DNA of 64,000 nucleotides, taken from assembly GCA_963662315.1 (NCBI GenBank), contig OY759353.1, forward strand, positions 1 through 64,000, written 5' to 3'. The notes beneath the pieces were generated by a model. It ran no database searches and was not told the DNA's origin. It saw only the letters and a list, made by a program, of their open reading frames with translations. This DNA comes from Geopsychrobacteraceae bacterium. Lineage in GTDB: Bacteria > Desulfobacterota > Desulfuromonadia > Desulfuromonadales > Geopsychrobacteraceae. Shown here piece after piece: positions 51,876-60,208 of this stretch (position 1 is its first letter; each line of letters opens with the position of its first letter). The translations under genes were made by a program, and so were the position numbers.

Positions 51876-53574
51876 CCTGAATCCGTGAGGTAGCCAAACA
51901 GCACCTCTTCTGTTCGGCTGCGAACTCACTTTCGCAGCCGATTTGCTATCAAGGCCGGACGGGTTGACTTAGATTTGCCTGGGCGGCCATGCTCTTTGAC
52001 AATTCAGCTGATTGAATTTTTCGTTTTTCTCACTCCTTGGCAGATTGCGGGTATGCATGATCGGTCACGTCCCTGGGCGCGAGATTTTTCAACACTGTCT
52101 TGATGCAATCAGGTATCAGTCATAGGCAAAATGCTCATAGGTCTTGATGAACGCCTGTGCCTGTCTGTGGACATGGCAGCTGAACCGCAGCGCCAAACCA
52201 TGGGCGTGACGAAGAAACCGGGCGGCAAAGTACATCAAGTCTTGCAAGACGGTTTTGAGACGCCGGCGCTGTTTGGCTCGACGGGCCTGTTTTTTGTCCA
52301 TCAGGCCGACCTGGCCGACAGCCCGTAGTAAATTGTAGGCCAGTCCGGCGCAGCTCATCACCAAGGCGTTGGTGGCAAACTTGCCGGATGGCAGCCGCTC
52401 CAGATCCAGGTCGGTCTTGAGTTCGGAGTGATACTGTTCGCACAGGGCATGCCCCTTGTAGAGTTCGATGATCGTCTCCTTGTTGCTGGAGAGACTGGTC
52501 CACCAGCCCTCGATCTCGATATTGGGAACCAGAAGCGGCCCATTCCGGTCAAACCAGCGCTCTGAGGCACGCAGTACGCGACGCACTTTGATGGTTCTGT
52601 CGTTGCCATCGTCATCTTTGTAGGTCCGTTCGACGGTTTCCGTCATGATGGCGATACGCTCGTCTTTGGCGTCTTTAACCATTTTCCCATGAGCAAAGAT
52701 TTCCGTGGCCTTGATTGGAACATCAGTCTTGCGCGGATTCCATTTGATGATGAAGTCGGCCTTCTGCTCTTTCAGGGCGATCAAAGTTGCCAGGGCATCA
52801 TGGGCGCTGTCCAGTCGCACCAGCAGTGGGGCGTCGGTTAGCTGACGGGCTTTGTGCAAGGCCCGTAACAGCAGAGGGATGAATCCTTCCTGAGCATGCT
52901 GGGAACCGGGACGCTGTTCGATCTCCAAACACCAGCCTTCCTGTCCCAGCCAGACACCAAGAGGGGCGTAACCGTTAAAGCCTCGATACGTGTAGGAGAC
53001 ACCCTCTTTCTTGGTGTCCGAGTTGTCGAGAGTGAAAACATCCAGATCAAGAGGCATATGCCCAGTGGACAATGGCGAGAGTTGTGCCTTGGCTTTCTTG
53101 AGAAACTCCACCGAACAGAAGTCGACGATGATCCGCAAGACCTCGGCGAACTGATCGAGACGCTGCCGCAATGTTTCCTGTGAGGGCGTTTTGGTTAGCC
53201 CCAACGAGGTCCGAAAAAACTCATCGTCCTCAAAAAACGGATGGATAGCGGCAAAATCGCTTTTACCCTGACAGAGCAGGCCCAGATAGCTGCGCAGGAC
53301 ATCGGACGTGGCGATTCCCCGTTTGGGAGCCGCTTTATCGACCCGCGAAGCCAGCGAGGTATAGCGATTCAATGCCACACCGACCAGAGCCAGGCCAGAC
53401 TGAGAGGTGTAAAATTCCTGCTTCGACTGCTCAAGTTTGAACCGGGGAAATGTCACAACCAAAACTCCTTGGGTGAAATTCGATGCGATTCAAGAATAGC
53501 AGAAAAGCACTGTAAAATCAGCTGATTGTCAAAGATCGAAAACAGTTTTAAGTTTGTTTACTCACGGATTCAGG
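51876..53574 (-). mobile_element. IS1380-family insertion sequence, copy B (no target duplication)
   Basis: CCTGAATCCGTGAG / CTCACGGATTCAGG ends; flanks GAAA and TAAC do not match. Confidence 0.93.
52116..53462 (-). CDS. IS1380-family DDE transposase (copy B)
   Basis: 448 aa, nearly identical to copy A, differences concentrated in the C-terminal half. Confidence 0.93.
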   Translation of the reverse strand: MVVTFPRFKLEQSKQEFYTSQSGLALVGVALNRYTSLASRVDKAAPKRGIATSDVLRSYLGLLCQGKSDFAAIHPFFEDDEFFRTSLGLTKTPSQETLRQRLDQFAEVLRIIVDFCSVEFLKKAKAQLSPLSTGHMPLDLDVFTLDNSDTKKEGVSYTYRGFNGYAPLGVWLGQEGWCLEIEQRPGSQHAQEGFIPLLLRALHKARQLTDAPLLVRLDSAHDALATLIALKEQKADFIIKWNPRKTDVPIKATEIFAHGKMVKDAKDERIAIMTETVERTYKDDDGNDRTIKVRRVLRASERWFDRNGPLLVPNIEIEGWWTSLSSNKETIIELYKGHALCEQYHSELKTDLDLERLPSGKFATNALVMSCAGLAYNLLRAVGQVGLMDKKQARRAKQRRRLKTVLQDLMYFAARFLRHAHGLALRFSCHVHRQAQAFIKTYEHFAYD

Positions 53575-54309
53575 TAACAGGCAATGAGCTTGTTATTGAA
53601 AACAGTACTCTTGAAGAAAGAACATCGTTGGCATGGTCGAGCATCCCTATGGTATTTCGTAAGTGTACATTGGATGGGGTTGGATTGTCTGGAATGAAAC
53701 AGCCTAATAGCATGATAGTTGAGGATAGTTATCTCGATGAAGTAGATTTTGGGCGAGGTCTTTTCTCCACCGTCACTCTGCGTCGTGTGAAACAGGGGGA
53801 AGGACCGGTACGCTTCAATGGTGCAACCATGGAGAGCATTAGGATAGAGGATGTTGATATGTGGCGCGGGTTATCGCTGGCGGAAATTAAGGCAGGGCTT
53901 GTCAGTATTGAAGGGGGAACGTTAAAAACTGCGTTTTCTGATTCTATCATTCCGAAAGTTTATGCAAGGGGGGTAGAATTTTATCTCTTCTCGCTGAGTG
54001 AGGCCAATTTGCCATATGTTTCACTGATCGATTGCATGATCCATGATTTCCCTCTGTGGGACGGTTTTGTCGAGGAACTGCTTGTGCAAAATTCTATCAT
54101 TGGTGAGATTGATGGAGAAAACTTCAAAGCCGACACTGTCGTCTGGGACAATGTTACCCTCGACGGAAAAGTTGATTTGACCAACGCCCATATCAACGAT
54201 TTCCGCCCAACCCGCATTAAGCGCGGCCCCAAGCTGAATCTGATGACTACCGGTTCAAATATTAAATTCTGATGCCCAGGAAAAGCAAGCCTGCGTCATC
54301 CCCTCTGAT

Positions 54310-54363
54310 CCGCAGAGCCTGAAGGGAGCCCCCTCGATTTCTCAAGACCTTCAGGCTCTGCGG
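54310..54363. repeat. Perfect 16-bp inverted repeat with 22-nt loop
   Basis: CCGCAGAGCCTGAAGG ... CCTTCAGGCTCTGCGG. Confidence 0.85.
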
Positions 54364-54458
54364 TGAAGAACGAAATATACTGTGTTTCGATTTGTTTGGA
54401 GAAATTCACGGCTAAATCTTGACGACTCAACAGTTTAAGAAATCGCTTTGGAATTATT

Positions 54459-54743
54459 GTGGCTCATTTAATCTTTATCTTATCTGTTCTTTTGACTTTT
54501 TTAGTTGGGATGATTACTTACGCTGGAGTCATATTTGCTTGTTTGCCAGGCGCCACTCTTGATATGAGTTGGCCTAATAGAGTGATTCGCAGCCTCTTCT
54601 GGTTTCATCCTGTATTAGTTTTTTTTCTTCTGATTATGATGAAATGGAAGTTGGAAGATTGTTATATGTCTATTTTATGTGTTCCTCTGCCGTTATTATC
54701 CATTGGTTTGATATGGATATGCTTCTTAATTATAAAGCGGTGA
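54459..54743 (+). CDS. Small hypothetical membrane protein (three hydrophobic segments)
   Basis: AT-rich 94-aa ORF, GTG start, weak RBS; stop codon coincides with mini-IS3 left end. Confidence 0.5.
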   Translation: MAHLIFILSVLLTFLVGMITYAGVIFACLPGATLDMSWPNRVIRSLFWFHPVLVFFLLIMMKWKLEDCYMSILCVPLPLLSIGLIWICFLIIKR

Positions 54744-54958
54744 GCTAAGTTGAAAATATCGGACACCAAAGTTTACAATCATTCCCGAATGGAGGTGTCA
54801 CAATGTCAAAAAGATCTAATGGTCGTTATTCGAAAGAGTTTCGTAACGAATCCGTAAAAATGGTTACAGAGGTTGGCCAGACAGCCTATGAACAACAATA
54901 TTTCAAAAAACGGCTAGTCGCTTAATATTTTGGTGTCCGCTATTGACGACCGAGGTCA
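54741..54958 (+). mobile_element. Internally deleted IS3-family element (218 bp, MITE-like)
   Basis: TG...CA ends, imperfect 27-bp IRs sharing CGGACACC; internal ORF MSKRSNGRYSKEFRNESVKMV (OrfA-like start) fused to AYEQQYFKKRLVA* (OrfB-like end). Confidence 0.8.
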
Positions 54959-55146
54959 GTTTCAAGCTCTAGTCACACAATCGCAAACCAATGGTGACAG
55001 GAGAATGGTGGCGGGGGCTTTTTAAATCTTAAGACAAGTGGTATGTCAATGGTATTGGAGGCCACAAGCTAAGGATTATGGCTGTGATCTTTTCAGAAAT
55101 CAGAAGTTTATATTGTGACCCATGCGGAATATGACAATCCCCGCTT

Positions 55147-57531
55147 CTAGGAAGCCGCATCCAGTACCTCTCTCACCTTGGCCGTCAATGCATCAAACGA
55201 GAATGGCTTTTGTAGAAAATGAACTCCCTTTTCGATCACACCCTGTCTGGCGATGATATCGGCCGTATAACCCGACATAAAGATCACCTTTATCTCGGGC
55301 CGGATGATCTGCAATATGTCTCGTAAATCTTTACCGTTCATCGCGGGCATGATCAAATCGGAAAGCAGTAGATGAATAGGGCCTTCTTTTTCTTTAGCCA
55401 AAGAAATGGCAAGTTCGGTGGACGCGGCAGAGAGGACCGTGTAGCCGCATTCTTCAAGCACGCTATTTATCAGTGTTAGCAGCATCGGGTCATCTTCAAC
55501 AAGCAAAACGGTTTCGTTCCCCGGGCGAGGAGGTTCTATGCTTGTCTTCGTGGTTGCGACTGCTGTTGTTTGTTTTCGCGGCAGGTATATATGGAATGTT
55601 GTTCCCAGTCCCGGTTCACTTGATACCTCTATAAAGCCGTCATTCTGTTTGACTGCTCCGAAAACAGTAGAGAGGCCAAGCCCCGTTCCCTGACCGAACT
55701 CTTTGGTGGTGAAAAATGGCTCAAAGATTTGGGACAGCGTTATTTTGTTCATCCCATGCCCATCATCGGAGACGGAAAGCTGCACATAGTCTCCGGGGAG
55801 AGCCTCGGGATAATTTTTCAGGTCGCTCTCGTTAAATGTGCAGTTTTGCGTTTCAATCACTATATTCCCAATGCCACCAATCGCATCACGGGAATTGACA
55901 CACAGATTAGCCAGGATCTGGTCTAACTGTGAAGGGTCTATTTTGACCGGCCAGAGGCTGCTTGCTGGGTTCCAGGAAAGGTGGATATTCTCGCCGATCA
56001 GCCGCTGCAGCATTTTGAGCATCCCCGCCACAGTTTCATTCAGGTCAAGTATTTTGGGAGAGATAATCTGTTTGCGAGCAAAAGTCAGCAGTTGACGAGT
56101 CAAGTCGGCGGAATGTTTGGCTGCGGTGCGGATTTCCTCTAAGTTCGGGATAAAGGGGTTTGATGGCTTCGCTTTCATCAACGCCAATTCAGTATGACCG
56201 AGGATTACCCCCAGCATGTTGTTGAAATCGTGGGCAACTCCTCCGGCTAATAGCCCAATCGATTCGATTTTCTGGGCATGGGAGAGTTGTTCCCGAAGTG
56301 TTTTCTGCTCGGTGATGTCGGCAATGATTCCGACCAATGCATTTAGGGAACCATCATGGTTTTCCATGCGTTTTGCTGACAGAAATCCCCAGAAATTACT
56401 TCCGTCGGCCCGGATGTAAAGGCGTTCAACCGAGACCTCCTGCATTTCACCCTGGATCAACTTGGACATGAGGTTTTCGCCGGGTCTCCTCTCATCAGGG
56501 TGAAGGTAGTCAGTATAGGGGCTACCAATCAACTTATTAAGGGAAACACCAAACATCTCGGCCATGCTATTATTAGCAAGCAAGATCGTCCCCTGAGGCC
56601 CCACCATAATGATCCCGGCCCGCGATGTTTCGAATATGGTTCGAAGCTGCGCTTCGCGATGCATCAACGCTTCTTCCGCCTTTTTCTTTTCCGTGATGTC
56701 CCGGGCAGTTGCATAGATAATCCTATCCTCCTTGCCAACATTGATCCGCCACGAAAGCCACTTTATTGAACCGTCCTTGCACCGGCAACGGATTTTAATA
56801 CTGTCTGTACTCCCTCTTCGCTGTTGTCTTTTAATTTCGTCAAGAGCGACCTGCCGGTCGTCGGGATGGACAAATTCTAGGATGGGTTTTGAAATAAGAT
56901 CTTCTTCGGAATAACCAAGAGTCTTTTTGAAAGCAGGATTTGTCTTCAGGAAGGAGCCATTAGGACCGGCTATGCACATCAAATCTCCAGAAATTTTGAA
57001 GAAGCTAAAGTATTGTTCCCGTTCCTTCTCCGCTTTTTTCAAGGCGCGAATTGGCAGTATGCGAAGAGGGATAAACAACGCGCCCCCCAGGAACAATCCA
57101 ATCAGGGCAGCAACTCCGGTTTTCAGCAGCAGGGGCTGTAGGGAACGAGCAATCTCTAACCTGGCTACAGCCTGTCCAGCGTCCATTACTTCATAGGTCT
57201 TTTTGAACAACGGTGACGGCAGGGGGCTCTCACTGGCCGCGATCAATCGTCCCCGAAGATCCACCAAGCGACGAGATTCTCTTTCGCCTGAATCAGGGCG
57301 TCTTGCCAATAGTTCTTCCAGACGCAACTGCTCATATTGCCAAAGGAGCGGATTGGCATTGATGAAATTGGTGATTATGCGACTGTTGATCTCCGCTTCG
57401 GTGGTTACACTGCCCTGAAGGTACTGGTAAGAAAAAATCCCGTAGCTTAAGGGGGGAAGACACATCACCAGCAGTGCCACCACTCCCGCCAGCCAGGTGC
57501 TTATCTTGGTGATTGTTAGTTTATTTCGCAT
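55147..57531 (-). CDS. Membrane-bound hybrid sensor kinase (2 TM, 2 PAS, HisKA, HATPase, receiver)
   Basis: Two HPD(D/E)R PAS motifs, LAGGVAHDFNN, FEPFFTTK..GTGLGLS, LLVEDD..DLIMP..FMSGY..KPF; start could be 57546. Confidence 0.95.
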   Translation of the reverse strand: MRNKLTITKISTWLAGVVALLVMCLPPLSYGIFSYQYLQGSVTTEAEINSRIITNFINANPLLWQYEQLRLEELLARRPDSGERESRRLVDLRGRLIAASESPLPSPLFKKTYEVMDAGQAVARLEIARSLQPLLLKTGVAALIGLFLGGALFIPLRILPIRALKKAEKEREQYFSFFKISGDLMCIAGPNGSFLKTNPAFKKTLGYSEEDLISKPILEFVHPDDRQVALDEIKRQQRRGSTDSIKIRCRCKDGSIKWLSWRINVGKEDRIIYATARDITEKKKAEEALMHREAQLRTIFETSRAGIIMVGPQGTILLANNSMAEMFGVSLNKLIGSPYTDYLHPDERRPGENLMSKLIQGEMQEVSVERLYIRADGSNFWGFLSAKRMENHDGSLNALVGIIADITEQKTLREQLSHAQKIESIGLLAGGVAHDFNNMLGVILGHTELALMKAKPSNPFIPNLEEIRTAAKHSADLTRQLLTFARKQIISPKILDLNETVAGMLKMLQRLIGENIHLSWNPASSLWPVKIDPSQLDQILANLCVNSRDAIGGIGNIVIETQNCTFNESDLKNYPEALPGDYVQLSVSDDGHGMNKITLSQIFEPFFTTKEFGQGTGLGLSTVFGAVKQNDGFIEVSSEPGLGTTFHIYLPRKQTTAVATTKTSIEPPRPGNETVLLVEDDPMLLTLINSVLEECGYTVLSAASTELAISLAKEKEGPIHLLLSDLIMPAMNGKDLRDILQIIRPEIKVIFMSGYTADIIARQGVIEKGVHFLQKPFSFDALTAKVREVLDAAS

Positions 57532-58372
57532 GTTTGGACTGACCATTCTCAGTCAATCGCAGATTACCATACTTGGATAGTATTTTTTCAACCTGGTCCG
57601 AAGTGATGTAGTCCAGGAATTGCCGAGCCGCCGGGGAGGTTGTCTGCCCTGTCACCAAATAGAGTGTTTTACTCAAAGGATATGAGCCTTCGCGTAGTTT
57701 TCCAACCGATGGAATCAATCCGTTCAAGGCCAGGATATTTAGCTGTCGTTGTTCACTTAATATTTGGTTAAGAGTAGCGGTTCCCAGTGCCCCGGGAATT
57801 TTCTCCAGGGCATCGAGATTATTCTGGTCCGTAATCTCCAGAATCATCCCTTGACGGATCCTGGCGTCATCAACTGCTATCTTCATGGTCGGTGACAGCC
57901 CCATGACGATATGTGTATCCGTCTCCTTTTTCGGACGAATCACCAAACGGAGTCTTGAACCATCTGACCATGACAGGATTTTCCCCCCATAAATCCTTTC
58001 CAGTTTTTCGATGGAAAGGGATGTCTCTTTCACCTGGGAGTTGACTACAAAGACAAAGGGCGTCTTGCAGAACGCTAATTCCTGCAAGGACAGGCGCTTC
58101 TCTTTTTCGTGCAGGGGACGGCTGCTGAGTGCAATATCCAGCTCGCCCGCCATGAGAGCCTTGATTCCGCCGCTGCTTCCCAGACTAGGGAAAACAACGA
58201 CTGCCACTTCGGGGTGACTTTGTTGATAGCTTCCGGCCAGGATGCGCATTATTTCGAGAGCGAAGCCTGTCCCGCCGATTTTCACAGTACCAGCAGCTAC
58301 CGTTGATGATCCTAGCCCCGAACAGAACAACACCAAGAGCACCAGTAGCGACCACTTGTTGATTTGCTTCAT
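57521..58372 (-). CDS. PstS-like periplasmic binding protein
   Basis: Signal peptide, IGGTG, LGSSGGIKAL, DIALSSRPL, GSYPLSKTL. Confidence 0.85.
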   Translation of the reverse strand: MKQINKWSLLVLLVLFCSGLGSSTVAAGTVKIGGTGFALEIMRILAGSYQQSHPEVAVVVFPSLGSSGGIKALMAGELDIALSSRPLHEKEKRLSLQELAFCKTPFVFVVNSQVKETSLSIEKLERIYGGKILSWSDGSRLRLVIRPKKETDTHIVMGLSPTMKIAVDDARIRQGMILEITDQNNLDALEKIPGALGTATLNQILSEQRQLNILALNGLIPSVGKLREGSYPLSKTLYLVTGQTTSPAARQFLDYITSDQVEKILSKYGNLRLTENGQSKHAK

Positions 58373-58560
58373 TTGGCCTCCATTTTCAGAGAGTCACAAC
58401 CAAACAACTGCGCTTTGGTAACTTTTGTTAAAATGCCACAGTGATCGACCTGTTTACTGAACTTTAAGGTTGGCCCCGTGCCACTAAATAATAACTCAAA
58501 TACTGCCGGGGAAAGTTAAAATTCAGAATTTTTTTGACTTTTATTTAACGTAGCCAAGTT

Positions 58561-60022
58561 GTAAACGTTCCGCCAAGCCTCACTTGTTGAACATATCGTA
58601 GATGTCGTAGGCTTCGCCCTATGACATCTACAAATGACCTGACAATTCTCAAGACCGATACCCTCGGTCGTCGTGAGCCTCCCAGCCCGGAACAACGTGA
58701 TGCGTGGCTGGATGAATTTGAACGCACCAGCATGAGCGGAGCCGCTTTTGCACGGCTCCATGGTATTCGTTATACAACCTTTGCCCATTGGCGGAAGGTA
58801 AGCAGACAGCAACGATAAGAGGTTGAAACAAAGCCCACTGAATTTTTCGAAGAGGTTAAAGATCGTCGCCCCCATCCTGAAGCAAGCGGGTTAAACATCT
58901 CTCTGCCAGGCGGTGCCAACGTCACGGTGACCCGGCCGGAGCAGTTTTCCCACTGGTCGCAGCCCTGCTGACAGACGGCATTGACCTTAAGGGGGCTAGA
59001 ATGCGGCCCTGGTACGAGCGTGAATAGCCGTCCAAAAGGTGCTGAAAATCTTTCTTTTTTCTTCCAGAACTTCCTGAAATTCTGCATCTTTAAGTCATAA
59101 AAAAGTCTGATACTATCATTCGTCAAAAACAAGAAATTCAGTCGCTACGCGAAGAAAACCACCTGCTGCGTTTGAATGTTGATGCTCTGGTCCGCCGTAT
59201 GTTTGGTGGCGGTCAAAGTGAAAAACTTCCCAGCAACCAACTGGAGATGTTCGACGACGACGCACCGGGGAAGACCCAGGCTTGCGCTGAAAAAACGACA
59301 GAAGCGCAAGCCGTGAAAAAGGCCCGAAAGAGCCAACCCCGTTGGCCCCTTTATCCCGAAAACCTTCCTGTTGTCGAGGAGATCCTTGATCCTGAAGCCG
59401 TTAAGGCGAATCCATTGCATTACCGTCAGATTGGCCAAGAAGTCAGTGAGCAGCTCGACTATGAGCCGGGGCGTTTTTTCCTGCGTGAACAGATACGCCG
59501 CACTTGGGTGAAACGCAACGCTCCCGATACCATCCCTGTCACCGCTCCTCTGCCACCCATACTTTTTGAGCGTGGCCTCCAGGCTCTCGGACTTTTAGCC
59601 TATATCGTCATCGGCAAATATGCCGATCATCTAAAGCCGACTGCGCAAGCAACACGTCAGCCCTGCATTACGTGCTGTCGTGCGCGCCTGGTAAAGTCCC
59701 CGATCCTTGATCGCCTTTTGGTCGTCTTTGATCACATGCTCAGAAGCGGCACCTATAAACCGAAGACCATCACCGGCACAGCCATCGCCTATGCCCTGCG
59801 TCAACGCGAGGGACTTCAAGTCTACGTTGATCAGGGGCCGGTAGAGATCGACAACAGCCTTGTCGAAAATGCCATCCGTCCGGCTGATATTGGTCGCAAG
59901 AACTGACTGTTTATCGGTGATGAAGATGCCGGATGGCGCAGTGCTGTCATCTATAGCATCTTGCAAAGCTGTAAAATTCAAGGTATCGATCCCTACACCT
60001 ACCTCAAGGACGTTCTCGAACG
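58561..60022 (+). mobile_element. Degenerate IS66-family element (tnpA, tnpB and tnpC fragments)
   Basis: GTAAACGTTCCG left end; TnpA HTH (SGAAFARLHGI); TnpB tail (DGIDLKGAR); TnpC pieces RRMFG..SEK, IGQEVSEQLD, KYADHL, EIDNSLVENAIRP, GRKN*LF, GIDPYTYLKDVL with stops and deletions. Confidence 0.88.
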
Positions 60023-60058
60023 ACAATCAAGGTCAGCAGCGCCGATGACGCCCTTGAA

Positions 60059-60174
60059 GCCGCTCAGAATCGCCTGCGCAGCGTCAATGATCAGGAACTC
60101 TTGCTCGATGATACCATCGATGCCCCCGTCATCACCTTGCGCATCTTCGCCAGTCACAACATGCTCCACTTGAG
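60059..60174 (+). pseudogene. Relic fragment of a third vgrG
   Basis: Encodes AAQNRLRSVNDQELLLDDTIDAPVITLRIFASHNMLHL, closely matching vgrG2 44911-45025 at nucleotide and protein level. Confidence 0.9.
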
Positions 60175-60208
60175 CCTCTCAGCATCTCCACCTCATCAAG
60201 CAATAACC

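Larger units (their letters stand above)
49858..54272 (+). pseudogene. Second pentapeptide-repeat paralogue, split by two IS1380 (5' part 49858-50168, 3' part 53575-54272)
   Basis: 5' part aligns to the paralogue N-terminus (W.EL....KINEY, FRNCKFIN); 3' part aligns from TGNELV to the nearly identical end (RGPKLNL.TTGSN.KF). Confidence 0.9.

Noticed and set aside
50169..53574. Composite transposon carrying cargo
   Set aside because: Only 9 bp of host gene lie between the two IS copies
53526..54272. 248-aa ORF as an independent gene
   Set aside because: Its TTG start and first 16 codons lie inside the IS1380 end, with no clear RBS; it is the 3' fragment of the interrupted paralogue
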